A DNA stretch of 64,000 nt from the human T2T-CHM13v2.0 reference genome, Homo sapiens, in NCBI RefSeq assembly GCF_009914755.1, contig NC_060926.1; one strand, given 5' to 3'. Every line of letters starts with the position of its first letter. The stretch's first letter is position 1. The notes beneath the pieces are model-generated. The model searched no databases, was not told where the DNA came from, and saw only the letters and a program-made list of their open reading frames with translations. The translations under genes were made by a program, and so were the position numbers. Below, in pieces: positions 17,133 through 31,774 of the stretch.

Positions 17133-20100
17133 ACTCCTGGGATTTTGACTGAGATAGCAATTAATCAATTTGGAGATGATTAGCATTTTTAACAATACTG
17201 AGTCTCACAGCCCATAACAGGGTATATTTCTGCATGCTGGTATAATGTACCTGTTTAACTTTACTCCTAAGAGTTTTAGATTTTTAACACTATTGTAATC
17301 AGTTTTAAATTTTATTTTTCCAAATATTTGCTGCTACTCTATAGATATACAATTACTTATGTTGATTTTGTATTCTGTGAACTTCATAAATTTACTTATT
17401 ATACCTAGATAATTTCTTTGTTGTTGTTGACTTTTTTAGGATTTTCCATGTCAATAATTATGATGCCTGTAAATAAAAACAATTTTAATTATTTCTTTCC
17501 AATCTCCATAACTTGTATGACTTTGATTGTCATATGACACTGGCTAGGATCTACAGTACAATGTTTAATAGTAGTAGTAAGAACAGATTTCTGTGTGATT
17601 CCTGATATTAGGGGTAAAACACTCAATATTTTAGTATTAACTATCAAGTTAACTGTAAGTTTTTCATAAATGTCCTTTATCATTATGAGAAAGTTTCCTT
17701 CTATTGCCAGTTTCTGAGAGTTTTTATTATAAATGGATGTTAAGTGTTGTCAAACGTTTTTTCTGTATCTCTTAAGATGAACATACATTTTTTCTCTCTT
17801 CTGGTAATGTGCTGCATTGTATTAACTGGAGTTTTGAATGTTAAACTAACCTTGCATTTCCGGGGTAAACCTCATCAGGTCCTAATATATTATTATTATT
17901 AAATATTCCTGGATTCAATTTCCTAAATTTATTCAAGGATTTTTACATCTGTGATCAGGAAGGATATTGGTTTGTAATGTCTTTGTCTGGTTTTATATTA
18001 GGGTCATCCTGACCTCATAAAATAAGTTTAAATGTTTTCCTTCTTCTCTTCTGTTTTCTGAAAGTGTTTCTGTAAGATTAGTATTTTTTTTCTTTAATGT
18101 TTGAGAAAATTTTACAGTGAAATTGGGCCTGAAGTTTACTTTGTGGGAAGGTTTTTGATACATTTAATTTCTTTAATATATAGGGCTATTTAGATATTTT
18201 GTGACTTCTAGGGTCAGCATTGGTAACTTGAGTCTTCCAAGGAATTGTCCATGTCACTTACTTTGATGAAGAGAGAATTTGGGGTTGACAGTTTTTCTTT
18301 TAATACTTTAAAGATGTAGTTCCATTGCCTTCTGGCCTCCATTATTTCTGATGAAAAGTCATCCATCATTTGTGTTACTTTCCCCAGCGATATTATGAGC
18401 CCTTTTCCTCAGGCTGTATACGAGATTTTCTCTTTCTCTTTAGCTCTAAACAGTTTGTGGTGTGCCTCGCAGTGGTTTGCTTTGAATTTATTCGACTTAG
18501 GGTTCATTGGCCTTAATCTGTACATTTGTGCTTTCACCAAATTTAGGAGAATTTCTACCTTTTTTCTAATATTTTGTCTACTCTACTTGCTATCTCCATT
18601 CCTTTTGTGACTCCAGTTACAAGTGTATTAGGTTGTTTGGTAATGTTTCATAGGTCATGAGGAACTGTTCTTTGTACATTTTTCCTCTCTCTTTCTTCAA
18701 ATTTGGTCATTTAAAAAATCTGTTTTCAAGTTTACTAATGTTTTCTTCTGCCAGCTTCAATCTTTTGCTAAGCCTATCCAGTGACTTTTTCATTTTAGCT
18801 ATCTTACACTTAAGTGTTAAAGTATCTGTTTGGTTCCTTACATATTTTCCCATTTTATGTTGAGAATTCTTTCATCCATTCACTCATTACAGTCTGCCTT
18901 TCTCATAATTCCTTGAACATTTCTGTAACAATATTTTAAATTATTTGTCTGCTAATTCCAAAATATAGGTCAAATCACAGTATATTTACATTGATTGCTT
19001 TTCTTTTTTCTATGGCTCACATTTTTCAGTTTCTTCACATATCTACTCATTTTTTATTGTTTATTGGCTATTGTTCAGACTTTGGATTCTATTATCTTTC
19101 TGTGAAAATTGTTGACTTTTTTCTAATAAGCAATTAATTTATCAGATAATCATCTTGTATTTGTGGAGATTTATTTAAACTTTTTTTGGGGGGTAACTCT
19201 ATTTAGACTTTTCCTTTAGCTAAAAAAAGTCTTAATTCTGGAACATAGGCTTTACTCCTAAGTTATAATCTTTTGGGGATTTCAATGGAAGCCTAAGGTT
19301 TTTTACCAAGCTCCTGTAACTTGGCAGGATTTAAATTGCAAATCTGGCTCTTCTGTTGTGAGCAGCAGCTGAAATATCAATTCAGCTTTTCCAGCTTCAA
19401 TTTCCCTTCAACCTCCTTAAGATCTCCCTTATATGCATCACCAAGGATTTGAAGGGAGTTTATTCACAGATTTGTGGCTCTCCCTTCTGTGACTCCCTCT
19501 CCTATTGGATTTCCTTCCTCAATTTCCAACTACTTTGGGAACCCAAATGCTATGTTATGATACTTCCAAACAACTTTACTACACTTTTTGCTTGAGTTCT
19601 GTCTTCCCTACATCATGGAGACTGTCGGCTGCCCTCAAACATTGAGTCTTCTTCAGCTTCTATTATAGGTTGTACTTCAATGCTTTAAAATATATTACAG
19701 TGTCTGTCTTTTTGTTTGTTCAAAGTTTTTAATTGCTTTCTTAAGTAAAACTAGTCCGGTAAAGCTATTTTAGCCATTATCAGCCTTCATAACTTCTTTC
19801 TTAAGTTTGTTGAATGGTATGTTCTGACTGGACCAGACAATGTATGGACTTATCAGGCAAGAGTCATTTTAAGAGAGCCATTTATTGTTGAAGTCCCTGG
19901 TCTTCTACCCCTTTGTCTTTTCCTACTTCCCATTCCAACTCTCATTAATCAGAGGTCATCTATGAGCCTGGCATTTTGTGTACAGCTTCATTGGACATTC
20001 AAAGGGCACTGTACAAGAATCTTACCACAACCTCTAATTTATGGGGCTTGGAACCACGATGAGAAATAATATTAACCTTGTCTACAATTGGATTCTGAGC

Positions 20101-22358
20101 CATGCAGATGTTTCAAAGGGCTCAAGGGCTACATAGGAGCCAGATCACAGCAATGGATAAGGAAGTTTTTGACAGCCATAAGGGGAGGTAGTGGGATTAA
20201 TGCAAAAGAGCCACAATTCTGGCCATATAAAGAAGCTGGGCTTGACTAATGAACCACCCCCACCTCCAATCCAGGTCTCAGCTTGTGCCCATAGTCTCTG
20301 AGCAGAAGAGGGTCATTTGGGAAAATGGATAGAGAACATATCATGAGAGGGAGGAGCTCAAGTTGCAACACTGCTTCTTCCTCTACTTCCCAGAGAACTG
20401 GGGAGGAGAATAGAAAAACTAGTCTCATGGGGGCAAAGATCCCCACCAAGGGTCACAGGCAGGAAGAGGGAAAGGTGTCCTGGGTATGAGAGAGCCCCTC
20501 ACACTGGGGCCCAGTGTTCCATGAGACAAGACATCAGTGGCACAGCAAAGTGAGCCACCAACCACAGGTCCCTGAGATTAGGGCCGGCCAAGGTACAGGA
20601 GGGATAACCTTGAGGTATTCTTTACATTTCAAAGATCAAGAAGAAGTCCTACAGGCATTCAGGTTGGGGGAGAAACCTCAATGGTTAAGAGCAGAGGGAG
20701 GGAATGTCACTATCATAGTCCTCATTCAGGGCACCAAATGCAACTGGACAACAGGACAGCAACTCAGACTTTCGAGGAGCCAAAATTCATCACCCAAGAT
20801 TTCTGTATTCTCTCAGGCCAGTGTTTACATTGTGAGGATGATAGAGAGATATGTTCATAGATATAGGACTCAAAAGGTTAGATGAGCAAGAACTGGATGA
20901 AAATAAAGATTACAAGGAAGGCATGGTCCAAAGACATGACAGTAGGAATCCAACCCAGCAGGGCATATATTAATGTCCAGATGATTAATATGCTTATAGA
21001 GTGTAAAGGCAAAAATAGTTATTGCAAGAATACATAACAAATAAAATGTGTCATAAATCAAGCACAAGATGCCCGTGTTAGTCAAACAAAACCTGAGTGT
21101 TGGAAGCAAGGAAAGGAGAAAATCGAGCATGCTAAAGTTTCTCATTTTATATGGGGTGAAAGACAGTTGTTGGTATATTATTAATGCTGGTGGAGAAATA
21201 GAGGTATAAATATGTGGATTAAGTAAGGTGGACTTGGTAGAATAAAAGCGTTTTGCTTTTAAATTACAAAAAAAAAAAGAGTCAGCAAGAAAATAACCTT
21301 AGCAATATAATGAATAATAATAGCAAAGCATGGAAGCGTGAAACAACAGGAAGCATAACAGACGACTTAAAATAAGACCAAATAAAACCTGATTACAGTA
21401 AGACCGAGAGAGAGAACATCCAACTATCAAATGAGTCAGAAGATAAAATCTAACTCTCTTTCTCATTCACAAGCTATGGAAAATCAAACACAGCAGCACT
21501 GTGGAGCTCAGGCAGCCCCCCAGAGCAGCCCGCGTGGGTTCCAAGGAGTGTTCTGCTGTGCACCATGTGAAGCCCAGAACCAGGGAGATGCACAGTAAAG
21601 AAAGAACAGAGATGCAAGTGAGGACATCAGAAAAAAGTACAATACCACTGGAAACGTGTAGAAGGATGTCAAAAGGTTGTCTGCGTATTAAAAATTACAA
21701 TTCCACACAAAGCCAACATTTGCTATGTGCCTTGCATGGTTCTATACAATTTACAATCATCGATTTGTGATTCACTCCTGCAGACAACTCTCACAATTGC
21801 TCTTTCTGTGTCAGAGATGAGGAAGCTGTGTTTTTGGAGCCCCTATCTCCTGCTTAAAATAGCTCTGAATCCCTCCTCCTCTCCACTGTCTCCAACCAGG
21901 GCATCCCCAGGAGCACTTTAAGTCAGACATCACAGACTTTGAGAGCTCAGAAGCAATGAACACACAGGGGACTGTGAACACCCAGCCAGCCTTGAGAGAT
22001 GAAGAGCAGAAGAGGTTTGAACACGATGATATGATTAATACACTTGGCTCTGTGGCTCAGACTTTGTTCCCCAAAGACACATCAGGTGGATATTTTTTCA
22101 AACACCCGTGAGTCATTTAAGAATATCTACCTAAGAGAGATGGCTTGGGGCATCAAACCAGATCCTGGACCAAAAAGAACATCTTGGAAAATTATTTTTT
22201 TTAAATGTTGAAATCATACAGGCCACATTCTCTGACCACATTGCAATAAGTTAGATATCTATCACAAAAGAGGGAAAACAGAAAAATACCAAACCACTTG
22301 GAAGCTTTCCAAAATCTTTCTTAACTCTTTGCTTAATGAAAAAATAAAAAATCGTAAC

Positions 22359-22746
22359 TCATGTGATTTGGCTGTATGTCCCCACTCAAATCTCATCTCA
22401 AATTATAATCCCCACGTGTTGAGGGAGGAAACTGTAATCCCCATGTGCCAAGGGAGGGAAGTGATTGGATCACGGAGGCAGTTTCCCCCATGCTGTTCTG
22501 GTAATAGTGAGTAAGTTCTCACAAAATCTGATGGTTTTATAAGGGTTTGGAAGTTTCTCCTTCATTCTTCTCTCTCCTGCAGCCTTGTGAAGAAGGTGTT
22601 TGCTTCCCCTTTGCCTTCTGTCATGATTGTAAGTTTCTTGAGGCCTCCCCAGCCATGTGGAACTGTGAGTCCATTAAATTTCTTTCCTTTACAAATTATC
22701 CAGTCTTGTGTATTTCTTTATAGCAGTGTGAGAATGGACTAATACA
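22359..22746 (+). mobile_element. THE1 (THE1D-like) solo LTR
   Basis: TGTCCCCACTCAAATCTCATCTC...GAACTGTGAGTCCATTAAA...GGACTAATACA; TSD GTAAC/GTAAA. Confidence 0.92.
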
Positions 22747-23069
22747 GTAAAAAATTCCAGTAAAGTCCTGGTAGCCACAATACCACATATCAAAACACAT
22801 GAGATGAGGCTAATGTTGTAATTAGAAGAAAATTTATATTTCTCAGTGCTCTAATCATTAGAAAGAGAGAAGTGAAATTCACTATTATGCATAAGAGGAG
22901 CCACAAAATAAATGATGGGAAAGCAGGAGATTGTGTGTCAATCTACCCAGCTTTTCCATTTCTGCTGCTAATGTCTGCTGTATCATAACTAATTACAAAG
23001 TCAAGAGCAGGTGCCTTAAAAACAAACACAGTAAGAAGTAAAAACTAAAAGAAGATCAAGCATTCATTA

Positions 23070-23190
23070 CCAGCCTGGGCAACAGAGTGAGACCCTGCTT
23101 CAAACATAAAAATAAAAAGAAGGAAGGAAGGGAGGGAGGAAAGAAGGAAGGAAGGAGAGAGAGACAGAGAGAGAGAAAGACAGACAGAGA
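23070..23190 (+). repeat. Alu 3' fragment followed by (GGAA)/(GA) microsatellite
   Basis: CAGCCTGGGCAACAGAGTGAGACCCTG, an A tail, then a purine-only tract. Confidence 0.8.
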
Positions 23191-23302
23191 CTTTGGCAAA
23201 ACTGGAAAAGAATAAAGATAGGAAGCATAACTATGTACTGTTAAGAAGGCTGACAGGTTTAACCAGAAATGCACAAGAAATTTGTTTTTAAATTATAAGA
23301 GA

Positions 23303-26300
23303 TAAGGAGGCAGAACAAGATGACCAATTAGAAGCCTCCACCAATCGTCCTTCCCACAGAAACACCAAACTGGACAACTGTTCACACTAAAACAGCATAA
23401 TAAGAACCAAAAATCATGTGAGTGATCACAGTACCTGGTTTTAACATCATATTAAGGAAAGAGGCACTGAAAAGGGCAGAAAAGAGTCTTGAATCACCTT
23501 CCCCAACCCTGAGCAGCAGCCATGTGGTATGGACAGAGAATCTGTGCATTCAGAGAGGGAGAGAGCAGTGACTGTGGGACTTTGCATTGGAACTCAGAGC
23601 TGCCTTATCACAGCGGAAAGCAGCACAGCGCAGAATGCAGCCAGTGCCCATGGAGGGAGCATTCAGACCAGCCGTAGGCAGAGGGGAATCACCTGACCTG
23701 GCTCGGAACCTGAGTTCCAGCAAGGCTCACTACCTTTCAAGTCCTCAATAAACTCGAGGCCACAAGGACTGCAACTCCTCCTGGGCAAGTCCTGCTGTTA
23801 TGCTGGGCTCAGAGCCAGTAGGTTCGAGGGACATGCAACATAGTGAGAAACCAGCCTCAGTGACTAAGTGAGGGCTTGCACCACCCCTCTCCCAACTCCA
23901 GGCAGTGCAGCTCAAAGCTCCAGGAGAGACCTCTTTCTCTCCTTGAGGAGAGGAGAGGGGAGAATCAAGAGGACTTTGTTTTGCATCTTGGACACTAGCT
24001 CAGCAACAGCAGGATAGGGCACTGGGCAGAGTCCTGAGGTCCTCATAACAGGCCCTAGCTCCCAGATGACATTTCTAGACACACCCTGCATCAGGAGGGA
24101 ACCCGCTACCTTGAAGGGAAGGATCCAGCCCTGGCAGGATTCATCACCTGCTGAATAAAGAGCTCTTGAATCCTGAATAATCAGCAGCGGTAACAAGGCA
24201 GTACTCACCATGGGCCTTAGTTGAGACTCAGAGCTCTGCTGGCTTCAGCTGTGGTGGCTATAGGGGTTTAGGGAGAGACCCCTTTTGCTTGAGGAAAGGA
24301 GAGACACCACAGTAAAGTGTAAAGTGGATTTTGTCTTGAGCTTAGGTGCCAGCTTGGTCACAGTTGGATAGAGCACCAAGCAGTTTCCTGAGGTCCCTGA
24401 TTCCAGGCCTTGGCTCCTAGGTGGCATTTATGGACCTACCTTGGGCCAGCAGGGAGTCAAATGCCCTGAAGGGTGAGTCCCAGGCCTGGCAGCATTCACC
24501 ACAAGCTAATTGAAGAGCCCTTGAGCCTTTAGTGAACATTGGCGGTAGCCAGGCAATATTCCCTACAGGTCTGGGATTGGAATGGCCATAGGGAGACTCC
24601 TCTGCTTGAGGAAAGGGGAGGAAAGAGTGGAAAGGACTTTGACTTGTGGCTTAAATGCTAGCTCAGCTGCAATAGAATAGAGCGCCAAGCAGATTCCTAA
24701 GGTTCCCAACTCCAGGCCCAGGCTCTCAGATGGCATCTCTGGACCAATCTGGGGCTGGGAGAAACCTGCCACCCATAAGGGAAGGACACAAGCCTGGCTG
24801 GATTCATCACCTGCTGATTGTAGAGCCCTTGGGCCCTGAGTAAACACAGCAGCCAGGCAGTGGTCACTTCAGGCCTTAGGTGAGACTCAGTGCTGTGCTG
24901 GCTTTGGGTCTGACACAGTACCGTCCCAGGGGTAGTGACCTCAGGAGTGTTTATGTCACCCTACTCCAGCTCCAGGTAGCTCAACATAGACAGAAAGACT
25001 CCATTTGTTTGAAGGTAAGTAAGGGAAAAGAACAAGAGTCTCTTTCTGGTAATTGAGGGAATTCTCACAGATCTTACCCAAACCACCAGGGTGGTACCTC
25101 TGTGAGTCTGCAGAAGCCACAGCATTACTGGGCTTAGGGTGTCCCCTAAAGCAGATATGGCTGCAGTGACTAAAGACTTAGATTACAACACTCAAGTCCC
25201 TTTGAATACCTAGAAAGCCTTCCCAAGAAGGGTGGGTACAAAAAAGCCCAGACTGCAAAGACTACAGTAAATATCTAACTCTTCAATACCAGACATGAAT
25301 GAACATCTGCAAACATCAAGACCATCCAGGAAAACATGACCTCACCAAAAAACTAAATAAGGCACCATGAGTAATCCTGGAGAGGCAGGGATATGTGGCC
25401 TCTCAGACACAGAATTCAAAATAGCTGTTTGAGGAAGCTCAACAAAATCCAAGATAACACAGAGAAGGAATTCAGGATCTTATCAGACAAATTTAACAAA
25501 GAGATTGAAGTAATTTAATAGAATCAAGCAGAAATTCTGGAGCTGAAAAGTGCAATTGACATATTGAAGAATGCATCAGAGTATCTTGATAGCAGACATG
25601 ATCAAGCAGAAGAAAGAATTCACAAGCTTGAAGACAGGACATTTGAAAATACACAGAAGAGACAAAAGATAAAAGAATAAAATAGAATGAGTCACACCTA
25701 CAAGATCTAGAGAATAGCCTCAAAAGAGCACATCTAAAACTATTGGCCTTAAAGAGAAAGGAGAGAGAGAGATCGGGGTAGAATGTTAATTCGAAGGGAT
25801 TATAATGTAGAACTTCCCAAATCTAGGGAAAGATATCAATATTCAAGTATGAAAAGGTGATAGAATACCAAGCAGATTTAACCCAAATAATACTATCCCA
25901 AGACATTGAATAATCAAACTCCCAAAGGTCAAAGATAAAGAAAGAATCCTAAAGGCAGCAAAAGAAAAGAAACAACTAACATACAATGAAGCTCTAATAC
26001 ATCTGGCAGCAGACTTCTTTGTGGAAACTTTACAGGCCAGGAGAGAGTGGCATGACACATTTAAGGCGATGAAGGGAAAAACCTTTTATCCCAGAATAGT
26101 ATATCCAGTGAAAATATCCTTCAGACATGAAGGAGAAATAAAAACTTTCCCAAACAAAAGCTGAAAGATCTCATCAACACCAGACCTGCCCTACAAGAAA
26201 TGCTAAAAGGAGTTCTGAAAGAACCTGAAAGAAAAGGATATTAATGAGTAATAAGAAATCATCTGAAGATACAGAACTCACTGGTAATTGTAAGTACACA

Positions 26301-29300
26301 GAAAAACACGGAATATTATAACACTGTAATTGTCGTGTGTAAACTACTTATATCTTGAGTAGGAAGACTAAAAGATGAACCTGTCAAAAATAGTAACTAT
26401 AACAACTTTTCAAGACATAGACAATATAAGATATAAATAGAAACAACAAAAAGTTAAAAAGCAGGGGGATTAAGTTAAAGTGTAGAGTTTCTATTAGTTT
26501 TCTCTTTGCTTGCTTGTTTGTTTTTGCAATCAGTGTTATCTTTTCATCAGTTTAAAAATAATGGGCTATACAGTATTATTTGAGAGCCTCACGGTAACCT
26601 CAAATAAAAAAAATACAACAGATACATAAAAAATAAAAAGCAATAAATTAAACATACCACCTGAGAAAATCATCTTCACTATTAAGGAAGGCAGGAAGAA
26701 AGGAAAGAAGAAGGAGAAGACCGCAAAACAACCAGGAAACAAATAACAAAATGGCAGGAGTAAGTCCTTATTTATCAATAATAACATTGAATATAAACAG
26801 ACAAAACCCTCCAAAGACATAGAGTGGCTGAATGAACAACAACAAAAAAAAGAACCAACGATCTGTTGCCTAACAGAAATGCACTCAACTATAAAGACAC
26901 ACACAGACTGAAAATAAAGAAACAGAGAAAGCTATTCCATGCAAATGGAAACCAAAAGAAAAAGCAAGAGTAGCTATACTTATATAAGACAAAATATATT
27001 TCAAGACAAAAACTATAAAAAGAGACAAAAAAGGTCATTATATAATGATAAAGGTGTTAATTCAGCAAGAGGAAATAATAATTCTAAATATATATGCACC
27101 AAACACTGGAGCATCCAGATATATAAAGCAAATATTATTAGAGCTTAAAAAGAGAGATAGACCCAATACAATAATAGCTACAAACTTCAAAACCCCATTT
27201 TCAGATCTTCCAGAGAGAAAATCAACAAAGAAACCTCGGACTTAAACTGCACTATAAACCAAACCAAACGGACCTAATAAATATTTACAGAACATTTCAT
27301 CCAACAGCTGCAAAATACACATTCTTCTCCTCAGCACATGAATCATTCTCAAAGATAGACCATAAGTCAAGCCACAAAGCAAGTCTTAAAAAATTGAAAT
27401 CATATCAAGTATCTGACCACAATGGAATAAAACTAGAAATCAATTACAAGAGGAGTTTGTATCAAATTCCTCTTACTATTGATTGTTTGGAAACCATACA
27501 AGCACATGGAAATTAATGTGCTGAATGACCAGTGGGTCAATGAAGACATTAAGAAGAAAATTTAAATTTGTCTTCAAATAAATGAAAATGGAAACACAAC
27601 ATACCCAAACCTATGAGACACAGTGAAAGCACTACTAAGATGAAAGTTTATGGTAATAAGCACCAACATCAAAAAAGTAGAAAAACATCAAGCAAGGATG
27701 CAAGGATGGTTCAACATATGGATATCTAATGAAGCATCTTAAAGAACTAGAAAAGCAAAAGCAAACCAAATCTAAAATTAGTAGAAAAAAAGAAATAATA
27801 AGATCAGAGCAGAAATAAGTGAAATCAAAACAAAAAAAACAAAAGATCAACGCAACGAAAGTTGTTTTTTTTTTAAAGATAAGAAAAATCAACAAGACTT
27901 TAGCCAAGTTAACTAAGAAAAAAGAGAAATGGCCCAAATAAATAAAATCGGAAATGAAAAAGGAGATATTACAACCAATTCTGCAGGAATTCAAAGGATC
28001 TTTAGAGGCTACTATGAGCAACTATATGCCAATAAATTGAAAAATCTAGAAAAAATTGGATAAATTCCTAGACACATACAACCTACCAAGATTGAACCAT
28101 GAAGAAGTCCAGAACCTGAACACAGCAATAACAAGTAACAACATTAAGCCATAATAAAAAGTCTCCCAAAAAAGAAACGTCAAGGACCTCTTGGCTTCAG
28201 TGCTGAATTTTACCAAACATTTAAATAAGAACTCATACCAATCCTACTCAGGCTATTCTTAAAAACAGAAGAGGAGGGACTTCTGTTCTCTGTTTGGAAG
28301 AGGAAATACTTCCAAACTCATTCTATGAGGCCAGTATTACCCCGATACCAAAACCAGACCAAGTGAGATCCAGGGATACAAGGAAGGTTCAACATATGCA
28401 AATCAATCAATGTAATATATCAAATAAACAGAATGAAGGACAAAAACCATATGACCATTTCAATTGGTGCTGAAAATGCATTTGATAAAATTCAAAATTC
28501 CTTCATGATAAAAAACCTGTGATAAAAGGAACGTTCCTTGGCACAATTAAAACCATATGCTACAGACTCACAGCTGGTATCATACTGAATGGGGAAAAAC
28601 TGAAAGCCTTTCCTCTTAGATCTGGAATAAGACAAGGATGCCCACTTTCACCACTGTTATTCAACATAGTACTGGAAGTCCCAGGTAGAGCAATCAGACA
28701 AAGAAAAAAAATAAAGGGCATCTAAATTGGAAAGGAAGAATATAATATGATCTTATGTTTAGAAAAATCTAAAGAGTCCACCAAAAAAAAGATTAGAACT
28801 GATAAACACATTCAGTAGAGTTGCAGGATACAAAATTTAAAAAAAATCAGTAGCATTTCTATATGCCAACAGTGAACAATCTGAATAAGAAATAAAGTAA
28901 TCCCATGTACAATAATGACAAATAAAATAAAATACCCAGGAATAAACTTAACCAAAGAAGTGAAAGATAACTACAATGAAATCTATAAAGCATTGATGCA
29001 AGAAAGTGAAGAGGACACCAAAAAAATGGAGAGATATTCCATGTTAATGGATTGGAAGAATCAACATTAAAATGTCCATACTACCCAAAGCAATCTGCAG
29101 ATTCAGTTCAGTCTCTCTCAAAATACCAATGATGTTCTTCACATATATAGAAACAATAATCCTAAAATTTATATGGAACCACAAAAGACCCAAAATAGCT
29201 AAAGCTATCCTGAGCAAAAAGAATAAAAGTGGAGGAATCCCATTACCTGGATTCAAATTTTATGACAGACCTATAGTAATCCAAAGAGTGTGATACTGGC

Positions 29301-30772
29301 ATAAAAACAGACACATAGAACTTGGAACAGAATAGAGGACCAGAAATAAATCCATACATCTACAGTGAACTCATTTTTGACAAAGGTGCCAAGTACATAC
29401 ATTGGGGAAAGGACAGTCTCTTCAACAAATGATGCTGGGAAAACTGGATATCCAGATCCAGAAGAAAAAAAAATACAGACCTCTATCTCTCACTACATAA
29501 AAAATCAAAACAAAATGGATTAAAGACTTAATCTAAGACCTAAAACTATACAACTACTAAAAGAAAACATTAGGGAAACTCTCCAGGACCTTGGACTGGG
29601 CAAAGATTTCTTGAGAAATGCCCCACAAGCACAGGCAACAATGCAAAAATGGACAAATAGGATCACATCAAGCTAAAAGGCTTATGCACAACAAGGGAAA
29701 CAATCAACACAGTGAAGAGACAACCCACAGAGTGGGAGAAAATATTTGCAAACTACTCATCCAACAAGGGATTAATAACCAGAATATATAAGGAGCTCAA
29801 ACAACTCAACAGAAAAAAAAATCTAATAATGGGGAAAATATCTGAATATACATTTCTCGAAAGGAGACAAACAAATGGCAAGCAGGTATCTATGCAAAGG
29901 TGCTCAATATCATTGATCATCAGAGAAATGCAAACCAAAGCTACAATGTGATATCTCACCCCAGTTAAAGTGGTTTATATCCAAAAGATAAACAATAACA
30001 AGTGCTGGCGAGGATGTGGAGAAAAGGGAAGCCATGTACACTGTTGGTGGGAATATAAATTAGAACAGCTGCCATGGAGAACAGTTTGGAGGTTTCCCAA
30101 AAAACTAAAAGTAGAACAGCTACAGGACCCAGCAATCCCACCGCTAGGTATCTGCACTTCCATGTTTGTTGCAGCACTGCTCACAATGGCCAAAATGTGG
30201 AAGAAAGCTGTGTCTATCAACAGATGACTAGACAAAGAAAATGTGGTGCATATACACAATGGAGTACTATTCAGCCATAAAAAAGAATGAGATCCAGTTA
30301 TGTGCTACAACATGGCTGGAACTGAGATCATTATGTTAAGTGAATTAAGCCAGGCTCAGAAAGACAAACTGTGCATGTTCTCACTTATTTGTGGGAGCCA
30401 AGAATTAACACAATTGAACAAATGGGGATAGAGAGTAGAATGATGGTTACCAAAGGCAGAGAAGGGTAATGGGGGTGGCAGAGGGCAGTGGGGATGGTTA
30501 ATGGGTACAACAATATAATGAAATAGAATGAATAAGATCTAGTGTTTGATAGCATAACAGAGTAACTGTAGTGAACAATAATTTGTTGTACATTTAAAAA
30601 TAACTAAAAGAGTGTAATTAGGTTGTTTGTAACACAGAGAAAGGATAAATGCTTGAGGTGATGGATACCCCATTTACCCTGAGTGATTATTACACACGCA
30701 TGCCTGTATCCACATATCTCATGCGTCCTATAAATATATACATTTGCTATGTACCCGTAGAAGTTTTTTTAA
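23303..30772 (+). mobile_element. Near full-length L1MA1-3-like LINE-1 (5'UTR, ORF1 ~25330-26240, ORF2 ~26750-30300, 3'UTR), inactive
   Basis: 5' GGAGGCAGAACAAGATG; ORF2 peptides ILNIYAPNTGA and [26 protein letters not shown]; L1MA-type 3'UTR; TSD AAATTATAAGAGA / AAATTACAAAAGA; many stops and frameshifts. Confidence 0.93.
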
Positions 30773-31109
30773 AAATTACAAAAGACTTTGGTGTATAATT
30801 TTGTGGAAAGCAATTTTACCATATCCACAAACTAAATAATTTTCTAGGAAAATATAAATTACCAAAGATGGCTTTTGAGAAATAAGAAACACATAAAGTT
30901 TGATAACATTACAAAATTGAGAGTTACTTTTAAAATTCCCCTTGAAAGACTCCCTGTCAAGTGATGGATAAGTCTATGGTTTTAAATCACATTGAATGGT
31001 GATACCAAACCAGGCCTCAGGGAGCTGGGGCATTAACTCCCGTAGAGTGGTTCCCATCCCCAAAGACACAGCCCCTGCTGCTGCCGTGAGCACTTCCAAC
31101 TGTGGGGTA

Positions 31110-31410
31110 GGCCGCTGTCACCTACATGTCACAGTCTAGAACGCTGAGGAACAGAGAGGTAAGTGACCCCACCCAGGCTGCTCAGCTGGTGAGAGCTGTG
31201 TGGGCAGTGGGACCCGGGCACACTTGGGATCACCATGTTCTACTGGTAACCCCGAAGAGATGGCTAAGGAAGGAGGATCAAGCCTCGGTCAGGAGATCAG
31301 AGGGCACTCAGAGATCTGCGTCAATGCCTTGGCTGTGCAGGTGGAGAAACTGAGGCCCAGATATGAGGACTGTCTACTCCTAGGTCACAGGACAAGCTGC
31401 AGGAGATGCC
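31110..31410 (-). mobile_element. Two MIR fragments
   Basis: CTGAGGAACAGAGAGGTAAGTGAC..CCCAGG and GGAGAAACTGAGGCCCAGA..AGGTCACAG cores. Confidence 0.65.
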
Positions 31411-31774
31411 AGCATTGTGAAGTGCTCCATCCTCTAAGTCCCGCCAAGTTGATTTTCTCTCCCCAGAGTCGCACAGCGACCCCCATGGGCAAGGGCTTCC
31501 TGCCTCAGAGCCTTGCCGTCCATGCTGCATGCCAGAGGCCAGGTCTCACTTGGTCCTCATGTCACCCCAAGGCCACCGTGTGAACAGCCCCAATGGGCAC
31601 AAAGCCACCTCCAGCTGCAGAGCCTCGCTCCTTTCCATGTGCTGTCCAGAAACCCTGGACTTTCCAAGTCTCCAAAGGTCCCCCTTTTGATGCACAGAGT
31701 CTAAAAATAAATGTAAAAGGCTCACTGGTGATTCTTACAGCACTACAAATTTATTTCATCATAAGACACCCTTA

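Larger units (their letters stand above)
20880..23300 (+). mobile_element. Highly decayed ancient L1M (L1ME-like) fragments; continue at ~30790-30960
   Basis: A-rich ORF2-like motifs, e.g. CATTCTCTGACCACATTGCAATAAGTTAGA and TACCACATATCAAAAC; boundaries uncertain. Confidence 0.55.

Noticed and set aside
23303-30772. Retrotransposition-competent L1
   Set aside because: ORF1 and ORF2 are broken by many stops, frameshifts and deletions.
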